Shown in pieces: positions 1 to 11,455 of a DNA stretch of 64,000 bases. The first letter of the stretch is position 1. Every line of letters starts with the position of its first letter. Location of the stretch: NCBI GenBank assembly GCA_051313645.2, contig JBNRSN020000005.1, forward strand, positions 160,270,001 through 160,334,000, given 5' to 3'. A program made the translations under genes and the position numbers. The DNA is from Centroscyllium fabricii. Taxonomy: Eukaryota. Below the pieces are notes generated by a model. That model worked only from the letters and a program-made list of their open reading frames with translations, had not been told where the DNA came from and made no database searches.

Positions 1-96
1 GTTTGCTTTGACGAAACAGTCAAATCGCTCCGTATACCCAGACCACTGCTCTGTTCCTTCATCATAGGGCCCAATCGTTCCGTAGACTGCAGCCAT
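1..96 (-). CDS. Gypsy gag N-terminus (partial)
   Basis: Hand translation MAAVYGTIGPYDEGTEQWSGYTERFDCFVKAN, matching the G..F/YD...W..Y.ER...F.AN start typical of vertebrate Gypsy gags. Confidence 0.8.
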   Translation of the reverse strand, partial: MAAVYGTIGPYDEGTEQWSGYTERFDCFVKAN

Positions 97-635
97 TGTT
101 CACCCCTTTTCGCGCCTTTTTTTTTTCTTTAAAATATTTAACGGCTTTGCGTTCTTTCGCGCCCTTTTTCTTTAACGGCCTCGCGTTCTTCTTTAATGGC
201 TCTCTCTCTTACCTCCTTTTTGAGGTACCTGGTGGTCAACTCCGTTGTCCGTTTTCTGGCACCGCCACGCCCGCTGTTTGGAGTGCTCCCAGCTCCTCCA
301 ACCTCCAGCAGTGGCAGGCCTCCTCCTCTGTTGGCTGTCCTCCAGCCCCGTTCAGCCTCCTGTGTGCGCCCGTCGACCGCGGTTCCTCCCGCCGGTCCCG
401 GTTCCACTTTTTTTTCTCTCTCCCTCTCCGCAGCCGCCTCACCAATACCGGAACGTTGGACGTCCGATGTCCCCTCCCAGTATCGAGTGCGTCCTGCCTT
501 TGAAATCGCCGAGTTCTTCTTTTTTTTTTATAAAAAAAAAAAAAAAAAAATTCTAATTAATTTTTATTTTTTTTACATTTTATTTTAAACTCGTCGATGA
601 GTCTGTTTTGACTCATCAATAGTGGATCCTATCCA

Positions 636-646
636 CCTCGTCGCCA
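636..646 (-). promoter_or_regulatory. Primer-binding site, tRNA-Ser(GCU)
   Basis: TGGCGACGAGG is complementary to the CCUCGUCGCCA 3' end of vertebrate tRNA-Ser(GCU). Confidence 0.8.
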
Positions 647-1579
647 AATGTTATATCTAGAGAATGATCACACAGAGCCTCATAGGACGTCGACTGGTTT
701 ATTCAATAGCAGCCATTACACAACGCTAACATGCTGGGGTTACCCATCATGCTTTGGGGATGGAACATTCCAAGTGTCACAGCCCTTAAGGGGAGTGCAG
801 ACTCTACCAATATATAACACCTACCTGTACGAATGCAGGGAACACTGCATTAGGGTTAGGGTTAGGATTAACTTATCATCACTATTTTCCATCAAGTACC
901 TACACACACATACGCACTCACACCATCATTTGAATTAACCTCTCTTTCCAAAAGATTCTCAGCATTTGAAACAATTTGCTATAGGTCGCTATAGGACTCA
1001 GATAAACACATCCAGGCGATTCCACATCTTTTTGGGGGCGGAAAATTTGAAATCTAGGTTCGGAATCCTTCACACTGTCATCATTTTGATAAGATTTCTT
1101 CAGCTTTTTTAATGCTGCTGTTGCTCCAAATCCCAAAGTGATGAGGAATGAAAGTTTCTGGAATGTCTAAGTGCATGATAATTTAATTTATACTACTTTA
1201 TGTTGAGGCAAAAGTTGAGAGCACAGATCTGCTCTTGGATTAGCAGAAGCTTTTTAAACTCTTACTTCACATGAAAATGCCTTTTGCTCATTTCCAAATC
1301 TCTTAATCCAGTAAAAAGGTGTCTTCAACAGAATAGGACCCAGACAAATTCCTGAGGTTTTCTTATCTATCATTATTTATGTTCTTTGATAAGTGATCTG
1401 ACTCCTTCAGGGGCCATCATATTTATGAGGAAAAGATCTTCCTACAGCATTAAGGTACGATTGGGCATTCTCTCCTATTTTTAGTCAACTTCTGCATTTC
1501 AAAGTTTATACAATGATCTTTGTTCAAATATTATATTTAAAACAAAAATATTAGCTCCACTTTGAAAGGAAAGTTATTG

Positions 1580-1925
1580 TCTCTTTCTGTAATCTCCTCC
1601 TGCCCTACAACTCTCTGAGATCTCTGCGCTCCTCCAATTCTGACCTCTTGGGCATTCGCAATTTTAATCACTCCACCATTGGCGGCCGTGCCTTCAGCTG
1701 CCAAGACCCTTAGCTCTGGAATTCCCTCCATAAACCTCGCCGTTTCGCTGCCTCTCTCTCCCCCTTTAAGACAGTCCTTAAAACCTACCATCATCTGTCC
1801 TAATATCTCCTTTTGTGGCTCGGTGTCAAATTTTGTTTGATAACGGTTCTGTGAAGCGCCTTGGGATGTTTTACTACGTTAAAGGTGCTATAGAAATGCA
1901 AGTTGTTATTGTTGATGCTGTTGTT
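1580..1925 (+). mobile_element. L2-clade LINE 3' fragment
   Basis: Homologous to the 2670-3354 copy; tail AAGCGCCTTGGGATGTTTTACTACGTTAAAGGTGCTATAGAAATGCAAG(TTG)n. Confidence 0.85.
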
Positions 1926-2668
1926 AACCCCCACAGGGGCATTGTGGATTGTATCATATTCTGGCCAAAAGGATTGACAAGGAACCTGCTCCCAGGTCTC
2001 TACATTGCACAATGTGCCTCGAAAGATACCCAGTAGTTAACTGATTTTAATTATTTGGTACCCAGTCATTTTGTTGATGTTGATGTTGCTATTCAAGTGC
2101 CTCTGCTTTAATGTATACATTTTATTGACCACACAAAAGCAATATCAACATTTATCCAAATGCAGTTAATGGCCATTCTGTCGAAGGGACATTGCGGGTA
2201 ATTTTGACTTTGTGCAATAGTGCAAAATGGGTGATAAATGGGGGAAGAAAAAATTGGGGAACGACATAAAACGTGCTGCTGATTTGCTATCACTATCGCA
2301 CAAAGATAGAATTTACCCCCATTTACTCAGTATCCTGTGGGACAAACACCCCCAGACTGAGCCAGTGCCCGCTATGTTGGTACGGAAGGCCGCAGCTTTT
2401 CTACCAGGTAGCTGCCCAGGTCAGCAACAGTCTGAAGGGATAACTAGATCATCTGGACACATTGCTCCTTTGTGAGCACCTGGTATTTGATTCTGGGCCT
2501 GTAGACCCCATGTGGAGGGTAGGGTCACCTGCGAGCAACTCCCCCTTCCGTTATATGGGGCTCTGACTGGAGTTGCAGCAGCTCCAGCATGTTCTCCTTG
2601 CTGTTCCTACACCTCTTCTACCTCCTCCTCCTCTGCCCACAACTGGGTTGCTAGAATCACTCCCATCC

Positions 2669-4310
2669 CAACAACAACAACAACTTGCATTTATATAGCG
2701 CCTTTAATATTGTAAAACGTCCCACGGTGCTTCACAGGGACGATTATCAAACAAAATTTGACACCGAGCCACATGAGGAGATATTCAGACAGAGGATCAA
2801 AAGCTTGGTCAAAGAGCTAAGCTATAAGGAGTGTCTTAAAGGAGGAGAGAGATGTAGAGAGGCAGAGAGGTTTAGGGAGGGAGTTCCAGAGCTTAGGGCC
2901 GAGGCAGCTGAAGGCACGGCCGGCAATGGTGAAGCGATTAAAATCAGGGATGCACAAGAGGCCAGAATTGGAGGAGCGCAGAGATCTCAGAGGGTTGTAG
3001 GGCTGGAGAAGATTACAGAGATAGGGAGGGGTGAGGCCACAGAGGGATTTGAAAACAAGAATGAAAAATTTAAAACAAAGGCGTTGCCAGATTGGGAGCC
3101 AAGGTAGGTCAGTGAGCACAAGGGTGAATGGGAGTTAGGATACGGGCAGCAGGAGTTCGAGTTTATGGAGGCCAGCCAGAAGAGTGTTAGGATAGTCACG
3201 TCTCGAGGTAAGAAAGGCACGTGTGAAGGTTCCAGCAGCAGATGAGTTGAGGCAGGGGCGAGGTCGGGCGAAGTTATGGAGATGGAAGTAGATGCCTTGG
3301 TGATGGAGCAGGTATGTGTTCAGAAACTCATCTCAGGGTCAAATAGGACACCAAGGGGTAAATTTTCCTCGGGCCATGAGGCGGGTTTTCCGGTGGGGTG
3401 GGGCGCAAAATAGCAAAACCGGGGGATCCCAACCCCCCCCCCACCAGATCCCCGCCGCTTTGCAATTTCCCGCCGCTGTGCCTGCCCGCCCCGAATCTTT
3501 CCCACCCGCGGCCGGCGGAAATGGTCATTAGGCTCCTTAAGGACCCTTAATTGGCATGTATAATGCCATTTTAAGGGGCCCTTGGTATTTTCAGGTGTTC
3601 CCCACCCATAACTCGCAAGCTTGAAAACCCGCCATTGAAACCTGGCAAGGACACAATCGGCTTGCTGACTATCAGCTGCAAGTCAAAGGATGACATGCAA
3701 TCAGCTGTAGCAGAAGTCGTCCCTGGGCAGCAGCCTGCAGGAGGGCTAACTGTATCCCCAGGGTGTACAATATCAGTGAAAAAAAAGCTTTCAAAAACTC
3801 ACCTTGCAGCTCATTTTTATGTTTGACAGATAGCTCTCCACTAGCTTTCAATGAAGTGGTTGTGCTGCACCAGTTGCCATTGTAACTGACCTGAAGCTGT
3901 CAGTCAAGGGCTGTGGTTTACTAGCCACTGTAACTGGCCTGAAGCTGTCACTCAAAGGGCAGTGGTTTATGAGGCTTTGTAATGGGGCTCTGGTCTTTAA
4001 GCAGCCGGCACCCTGCCGGCTTTCAGACTGAAAATAGTCAAGTGGCAAGGGTTCCCACATGCGGGGAATTAATTGGCCAATTGAACCAAAATTGCGTGGG
4101 GCTTCCAGGCCCATTAACATTTGTGTCAGAAACCTGACCCGCTCGAAACCCGCCAATTCCCCACACCAGTGGGAAAATTGACGCCCAAGCTTGGAAACAT
4201 TCTGGTTCAACCTCAGACAGTGACTAGGGAGATGAATGGAGTCAGTGGCTTGGGAACTGAGATTTCGAATAGGACCAAAGACAGTGGCTTCAGTCCTCAA
4301 AACATTCATC
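2669..4310 (-). mobile_element. L2-clade LINE 3' fragment, split by a MITE at 3355-4185
   Basis: ORF 2817-3119 (LPWLPI...PPYL..LL..Y.P.RSLRS...RAFS..GPKLWNSLP) is an L2 RT C-terminus; (CAA)n tail; LINE-like sequence resumes at 4186. Confidence 0.85.
3355..4185. mobile_element. Non-autonomous PIF/Harbinger-type element (MITE)
   Basis: TIRs GGGGTAAATTTTCC / GGCGTCAATTTTCC (12/14); 3-bp TSD CAA; shares TTAAGGGCCC and CCCGCC subterminal motifs with the element at 50743-61473. Confidence 0.8.
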
Positions 4311-5204
4311 AGATAATTGAATCAGAAACTCTCACATGTCTTAGAAATGTTAAATGAAAGCAAAACTTTCAGACACCTATTGGACATTATGGGGCTGTTC
4401 TCAGAACTAAGCTATTTCATATGCAATTCAATGTCAAAAGATAACAAAACCAATAACCAAGGAGTTGTTGGTTATTATCTATCTGAATGACAATATTGAT
4501 TCACAAGATGTTTGTATTCCTCATGGGAAAAGTTTAATTGATCTGGGGCATTCTTTGAAGATGCCAGATACCACTTCAAAGAAAGCCATAGAACAGAAAG
4601 AAAGAACTTGGGCAGGATTTTCCTGAAGGGGTGGGAAATGGGTGGGATCCCCACTACTCACTCTATCTTCCTGCTTTCTGAAGGGTGTGGAATCCCCACG
4701 CAGTTTTGGCTTAATTGGCCAATTAGGTCCCTGAGTGTGGGAAGATCCTAGCAATTGAGGGATTTTGCCTAGAAACTGGGCAGGCTTTGACCTGTGTCTG
4801 CAGCAGAGCCAATGATTGGCAGCTGTACTGATAGCCTTGTTGAGGGGAACTTTTAAAAAGCTGTGGGAAACTGGCGGGTTTTGGGCGGGTCAGTTTTCTG
4901 TCTGACGTATCGTCAATAATACAAAGACGAGTAGTTACCTTAACTATAGGCTTTTATTAGCTTTACAAAGGAGCTACGCTCCGGTCGAACATCAGGTACA
5001 GAATGAATGGGGGCAGGTCAGACCCCACCTATAAGGCACTCACCTGAGGGGAGGAGTTAGAGATGTGGCTGACCTGACCCTGCGACAGTGTCGTAATAGA
5101 AAAACTATGTACAGTGCACCTAGCCGCTATACATGCTGGTTTATAGTGTGCTTCACTATTACAGTGGTAATAAACGGTTACCACATTCACCCCTTCTTGG
5201 AAAA

Positions 5205-8200
5205 TTAAGTCCGGCGGGGTGAATGGACAGAGCAGTTCATAATAAGTCCCTCCGGCGGTCGCGTCTGCCTTGAGGACCGCCGGGTCTTTGTTAGTGGCGC
5301 CGGTGCCTGCAGTGTCGGTGGCGCTGGTGCCGGTAGTGTCGGCGGCGCTGGTGCCAGTAGTGTCGGCGGCGCTGGTGCCGGTACTGTTGGTGCTGGTGCT
5401 GGTAGTGACGGTGGGGCCGGGCCCTCCGACTGCTGCTGTGCCTGCGGTGCGGCGTCCGGTTCTTGGTCCTCGGCTGGTAATGGCGGGGGCTCCGGTGTGT
5501 GTGTGTGCACAGGCCAAAATCCGGTGGGTTGTGGTTGGTGTGTAGGCCAGTGGTCGGTAGGTAGTGGCTGGTCGGGCTGAGGCTCGACCAGGGGCTCTGC
5601 TGCGGTGCTCCCGGCGGGCGCTAGGTCCCTGATGGAAACTGTGTCCTCGCGCCCGTCCGGGAACTGCACGTATGCGTACTGCGGGTTGGCGTGCAGCAGC
5701 TGCACCTTCTCCACCAGGGGGTCGGTCTTATGGCCGCGGACATGCTTTCTAAGCAAGACCGGCCCCGGCATCGTGAGCCATGGTAGGAGTGCTGTCCCCG
5801 AAGTCGACTTCCTGGGGAAGGAAAAGAGCAATTCGTGAGGTGTGGCATTGGTGGCCGTACACAGCAGAGAGCGGATCGAGTGCAGTGCGTCTGGGAGGAC
5901 TGCCTGCCAACGGGACACTGGAAGGCCTCTGGACTTCAGGGCCAGGCTGACCGCCTTCCAGATGATCCCGTTCTCCCTTTCTACCTGGCTGTTCCCCCGG
6001 GGGTTGTAATTGGTCATTCTGCTTGAGGCAACCCCTTTCTGAAGCGGAAACTGACGCAGTTCGTCGCTCATGAACGACGATACCCAGTCGCTATGGATGT
6101 AGCTGGGGAGACCGAAAATGGCGAACAGCGTGGTGAAGTGTTTTGTCACTGTTGCGCTCGTCATATCTGGGCAGGGGAAGGTGAAGGGGAAGCGGGAGAA
6201 CTCGTCTACGACCGTGAGGAAGTACGAGTTGTGGTCGGTGGAGGGGAGGGGGCCTTTGAAGTCCACGCTTAGACATTCAAAGGGGTGGGTGGCCTTAATG
6301 AGGTGTGCCGTGTCTGGCCTGTAAATTTGGGGTTTGCACTCGGCGCAAACAGGGCACTCTCGGGTCATAGCCTTGATCTCCGTGATGGAGTAGGGGAGGC
6401 TACGGGATTTAACGAAATGGGCAAATCTGGTGATACCCGGGTGGCAGAGGCGATCGTGGAGTTTCTTCAGCCGGTCCAGCTGGGCACTGGCGCACGTTCC
6501 CCTGGACAGTGCATCCGGGGGTTCATTGAGTTTGCCTGGTCAGTAAAGAATGTCGTACTCATAAGTCGAGAGCTCGATCCGCCACCGCAGGATCTTATCA
6601 TTCTTGATTTTACCCTTTTGTTTATTGTTAAACATAAACGCGACCGACCGTTGGTCGGTGAGCAGGGTAAAACGCTTACCGGCCAGGTAATGACGGCAGT
6701 AGTGCACGGCCTCCACGATGGCCTGGGCCTCCTTTTCCACTGCAGAGTGGCGAGTTTCGGGTCCCTGTAGGGTGCGGGAGAAAAACGCTACGGGCCTGCC
6801 TGCCTGATTCAGCGTGGCGGCAAGGGCAAAGTCCGAAGCGTCACTCTCCACCTGGAAAGGGATGGACTCATCAATGGCGTGCATGGTCGCCTTGATAATA
6901 TCTTCCTTGATCCGGGCGAACGCCGTGTGGGCTTCTACCGAGAGGGGGAAGACGGCAGCCTTGAGGAGTGGTCTGGCCTTATCCGCGAACTGGGGAACCC
7001 ATTGCGCGTAATAAGAGAAAAATCCCTGACATCTCTTCAGGGCTTTGGGGTTGTGAGGTAGGGGCAGTTCCTGTAAGGGGCGCATACGCTGTGGGTCGGG
7101 CCCGAGGACCCCGTTTTCCACCACGTATCCGAGGATGGCGAGCCGATCTGTACTAAAGACGCACTTATCTTTATTGTACGTGAGATCGAGCCGTTTCGCC
7201 GTGTGGAGAAATTTGGCCAGATTGGCATCGTGGTCCTGCTGATCGTGGCCGCAAATGGTCACGTTGTCCAGGTAGGGGAAAGTGGCCTGCAACCCGTTCT
7301 GGTCAACCATACGGTCCATCTCCCTCTGGAATTCCGACACTCCGTTGGTCATGCTGAAGGGGACCCGGAGGAAGTGGTAGAGCCGACCGTTCGCCTCGAA
7401 GGCGGTGTACGGTAGGTTGGTGATACGCCGACTTAAGGTCGATTGTGGAGAACACCTTGTACTGGGCGATCTGGTTAACCATTTCCGAGATGCGTGGAAG
7501 GGGGTAGGCGTCGAGCCCGGTGTAGCGGTTAATGGTCTGGCTGTAGTCGATCACCATCCGCAGTTTCTCGCCAGTCTTAACCACTACGACCTGGGCCCGC
7601 CAGGGGCTGGTGCTGGCTTCAATTATCCCCTCCTGCAGCATACGCCCGACCTCCGACCTGATAAATGTCCGATCCCCTGCACTGTAACGCCGACTCTTGG
7701 TAGCAATGGGTTTGCAGTTTGGGTCGAGGTTGGCGAACAGTGAAGGGGGGTCGACTTTCAGGGTGGAAAGGCCGCAAGTCGGGCTCTGCTTTAGGAAGGG
7801 ATTGTCCCGGCTACTGACGGTGAGGGGGGCCAGGGTCCCGCCAAACTCCATTGTCACGCTCTTCAGGTGGCACTGGAAATCCAGTCCCAGTAAGACTGGG
7901 GCGCACAACTGCTGGAGTATGTACAATTTAAAATTACGGTACACGCAGTCCCTGACTGTGAGCGTGACGGAGCAGTAGCCGGTGACGTCCGCCGTGTGGG
8001 ACTGTGAAGCAAGGGAGATTTGGTAGCGCGTGGGCAGGTTCTGCAGTCCGTAGCGCTGCACTGTGTCGGGGTGGATGAAGCTCTCTGTGCTTCCGGTGTC
8101 GAATAGGCAGTTGGTGGCATGGCCGTTGACTTTAATACCCATCATGGAATTTGATAGCGTGTGCGGCCTAGCCTGGTCGACCGTGGCTGAGGCCGAAGTG

Positions 8201-8460
8201 TGTGTGCGTGTGTGGGAGCCCTCCGCTAGCCGGTGCCGTGCAAAAGATGGCGGCACCCATGTTTCGCACATGGCCGGCAGCGGTGGACAAGATGGTGGCA
8301 CCGGGGAGTCGCACTTGGCTGGCCGCTGAAGACATGATGGCGGCCCCGGGGGTCGCACATGGCTGGCCGCTGCGGACAAGATGGCGGCGCCCGTGATTCG
8401 CATGCGGCGGGCCACTGTGGACGTGGTGGCGGTGCCCGTGGTTCGCACGCAGCGGGCCAT
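5205..8460 (-). pseudogene. Element A pol (protease, RT, RNase H, integrase), frameshifted
   Basis: LFDTGS; YLDN; DASD; HHCC and DDE motifs (SVDFKGP, HSD, QVER) spread over three ORFs. Confidence 0.95.
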
Positions 8461-9479
8461 GGTGGCTGGGTTGGCGGCGCCCGTGATTCACACGCAGCGG
8501 ACCGCGCTGGGCGAGATGCCGGCGTTGGGGGGTTGCACATGGCCGGCCGTGGCTGAGTTTGGCGTGCCGTGTGCGCGTCCAGCCTCTGCCGTATCAGGGT
8601 GGGAGACGGGGACGCTTGTACCCTACCCCCGGACCGTCGCTGGGTCGCGCTGCAACTGCAGCTTACCTGAGGCCAAGGGCCGGCGTTGGAGCTCTCGCAG
8701 GCCGCGCTGTTGTGTCTGGAGCTGGGCGCTGGGGCCGATTTGCAGGCCCTGGCGTAATGTCTCTTTTTCTTACACTTCTCGCAGGTCGTGGTCCTCGCGG
8801 GGCATTTCGCTCGCGGGTGTAGTCCCTGGCCGCAGAAATAACATTTTTTATCCTCCGACGTTTTTGCAGCTGCCGCTGCCGTTGTGGGGGTCTCGACCCA
8901 CCGTGGGGCCACCCAGGAGTCGAAGGTGGCTGGTGTGCCTTGGCCGCTGTATGCCTCAAGTCTGCGGCGTGCGCCATCCACAGCGTTGGAGAGGGAGATC
9001 GCCTCATCCAGCGATAGTGTTTCTTTCTCCAGCAGCTGCTGGCGGGCCTGGGCGGACCTGATCCCCGTTACGTAGGCGTCCCGGACGAGGAGATTCACCT
9101 CCTCCTGTGCCGTCCGTGCCTTGCAGTCACAGGCCCGGATGAGGGCTTGGAGCGCCAACAGGTACTGTTCGTTGGACTCACCAACTAGTTGTTGTCTGGT
9201 CGCCAGCACATGTCTGGCGTAGACCGAGTTGACCGGGCGCATGTAGCATGCCTTCAGTTTTTCCACGGCTTCAGTGTACGGTTTAGCGTCGCGGATGAAG
9301 GAGTATACCCAGCTGGAGATCCTCGATGTGAGAACGTGCAGTTTGTTCCCGTCGGTTGTCGCCTCGGTGGCCTCCATGTAGGCCTCGACGAGACTGAACC
9401 AATGTTCAAATGTATTGGCGGCGGCTGGGTCCTGTGGACTGACGTCCAGCTTTTCGGGTTTCACAGCGCCGCTCTCCAT
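8226..9479 (-). CDS. Element A gag with two zinc knuckles and Pro/Cys repeats
   Basis: CYFCGQGLHPRAKC and CEKCKKKRHYARAC (CX2CX4HX4C). Confidence 0.9.
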   Translation of the reverse strand: MESGAVKPEKLDVSPQDPAAANTFEHWFSLVEAYMEATEATTDGNKLHVLTSRISSWVYSFIRDAKPYTEAVEKLKACYMRPVNSVYARHVLATRQQLVGESNEQYLLALQALIRACDCKARTAQEEVNLLVRDAYVTGIRSAQARQQLLEKETLSLDEAISLSNAVDGARRRLEAYSGQGTPATFDSWVAPRWVETPTTAAAAAKTSEDKKCYFCGQGLHPRAKCPARTTTCEKCKKKRHYARACKSAPAPSSRHNSAACESSNAGPWPQVSCSCSATQRRSGGRVQASPSPTLIRQRLDAHTARQTQPRPAMCNPPTPASRPARSAACESRAPPTQPPWPAACEPRAPPPRPQWPAACESRAPPSCPQRPAMCDPRGRHHVFSGQPSATPRCHHLVHRCRPCAKHGCRHLLHGTG

Positions 9480-9812
9480 TTTAATTTTAAAGCTAATAAA
9501 ATTGACGTATTATCAATAATACAAAGACGAGTAGTTACCTTAACTATAGGCTTTTATTAGCTTTACAAAGGAGCTACGCTCCGGTCGAACATCAGGTACA
9601 GAATGAGTGGGGGCAGGTCAGACCCCACCTATAAGGCACTCACCTGAGGGGAGGAGTTAGAGGTGTGGCTGACCTGACCCTGCGACAGAGTCGTAATACA
9701 AAAACTATGTACAGTGCACCCAGCCGCTATACATGCTGGTTTATATTGTGCTTCACTATTACAGTGGTAATAAACGGTTACCACACTGTCCTACCCACCC
9801 AAGGACCTGGGA

Positions 9813-10615
9813 GGCCCGAGAGATTTTGGCTCAAGTGGCCAATGAAATCCCCGCCGAACTGTCGGGCTCCCAATACACAATAATGGGCGGGAGCAAAGCC
9901 CTTTACGTTCACAGTTTGAGTTGGGCGGGCTGTTAATTGACAGGCCTGCGTAGTAAGAACTCACTAAGCTTGATTGACAGATCTGAAGTGTTGCCTTTAT
10001 TCCTATGTTTACATACGCGTGTGAGTCAGACTTTGAAAGAACCACTTAAAACCACAAAACAAACAGTTGAAGTGAGTCATGTTTGTTTGTGGTTTCAATG
10101 GAATGTAAACAGAAACTGATCCCCTGGGTGATTGACAATTTGGTTCACAGAAAGCGCTGCAGCGCGCTGTCTGTTAAATAGGAGCGATTTGAAGATGAAT
10201 ATTTTCAAGGTTTTGGGCTCTGAAGCTTCTCAACCTTGGGTGGCAGCTGCACCTCCAGCATGATGGAGCATAGCAAACTGCTGTGTGGGTGCTGTGCCCA
10301 TGCCTTGAAGGTGGTAGACACCCAGCCGCCTGGGTTCCCACCACCTTTTTCACGGCGGGTTTTCACCAGGCGGGTTTTGGGTGGGAAGAGGGCTAAAATA
10401 GCCGAGGGCCCTTAAAATAGGATTAGCCATCCAATTAAGGGCCCGCAATGACCTCAATCTGTATCACCACCGGTGGCGGGCAGGAGAAATGAGGGGTGTG
10501 AAAACACACCCGACGAAACTCCCAAATGAGCGGGGATCCGGCGGGCTGCCTTCCCGCCCGCCGGATTGGAATTTTTGAAATTGCACACAGGGAACTCCTA
10601 AAATCTCCCCCCCCC
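9813..10615. mobile_element. Related Harbinger-type MITE nested in the 4610-11292 element
   Basis: Ends AAAATCTCCCCCC; 10080-10480 is paralogous to 10730-11130; left end degenerate (GAGAGATTTT). Confidence 0.55.
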
Positions 10616-11455
10616 ACCCCGCCTGTTGTTTCTCTTACTGTGGTTACAGGGCATTATGATGTCATAATGCTATGTCAACAGAGGAAACCACAAATCTAAG
10701 AGTGACAGCTTTAAATAGGCTGCCTCTGTTTGTTTGTGCTTTCAGTGGAATTTAAACAGAAACTGATCCACTGGGTGATTGACAGCTTCACTGCTTTGCT
10801 TCACAGACACAACTCGCAGCACAATGTCTGTGAGTGAGTGGGAAGCAGCTGTCAGTTAAGTGATTTTAAGTTCTTTGGGCACTGAGGTTTGGCACCCTTG
10901 GGTGCCAGTTACACCTCCAGCATGGTGGAGGCTAGCAAGCTGCTGTGTGGCTGCTGTTTCCCATGCCTTGAAGGTGGCAGTCACCCAGCCGATTGGGTGC
11001 CCGCAAGCTTTCAACGGCGGTATTCCAACCAGGCGGGTTCTGGGTGGGAAGAGGGTCAAAGTAGCAAGGGGCCCTTAAAATGGCATTACCGATGCCAAAT
11101 TAAGGGCCCCTAATGAGCCTAACGAGCATCCCCGCCGATGCCGGGCGGGAGTGAGGCGGGCCGACCCGTCCCGCAGGGTGAAATTGACAAGCAGACGGGA
11201 AGGTGGCAGGAGGGTTCGCGACCCCCATTTCTGCTATTTTCAATGCCGTCCCGCCCAGAAATCCATCTCATGGCCTGAGGAAAATCCTGTCCCTTGTGTT
11301 TATATAGCGCCTTTCATAATCTCAGAACATCCCACAGTGTGCCCCAGCCACTAAAGTTGTAACATGGAGTTGTAATATCCATGTTACGTTCATTACAGTT
11401 GAAATAGTTTTAGGCCATTTATTACTTTTGTGACAGTTTAAAATATTGTAAAAGG

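Larger units (their letters stand above)
1..819 (-). mobile_element. 5' end of a Ty3/Gypsy LTR retrotransposon (LTR 649-819, PBS, long leader, gag start), running off the window
   Basis: 171-bp LTR bounded by TGTTATAT...ATATAACA with AATAAA on the minus strand; TGGCGACGAGG 2 nt after the LTR; gag-like N-terminus downstream. Confidence 0.85.
4903..9785 (-). mobile_element. Gypsy element A, full length (LTRs 4903-5185 and 9503-9785)
   Basis: 283-bp TG...CA LTRs (about 8 differences); 5-bp TSD CTGTC; PPT AAGAAGGGGTGAA; gag-PR-RT-RH-IN order. Confidence 0.97.
4610..11292. mobile_element. Harbinger-type non-autonomous element hosting Gypsy A and a second MITE
   Basis: TIRs GGGCAGGATTTTCC / GGACAGGATTTTCC (13/14); TSD CTT at 4607-4609 and 11293-11295. 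Confidence 0.75.

Noticed and set aside
850-868. TAGGGTTAGGGTTAGG as an interstitial telomere
   Set aside because: Fewer than three full units, compatible with chance
918-1160. Minus-strand open frame (LITLGFGATAALKKLKK...) as a host exon or old transposase
   Set aside because: No recognisable domain, weak splice signals and no partner exons
8168-9075. Many overlapping and antisense ORFs over the gag repeats (also 16-17, 31-32 and 43-44 kb)
   Set aside because: By-product of GC-rich, stop-poor tandem repeats
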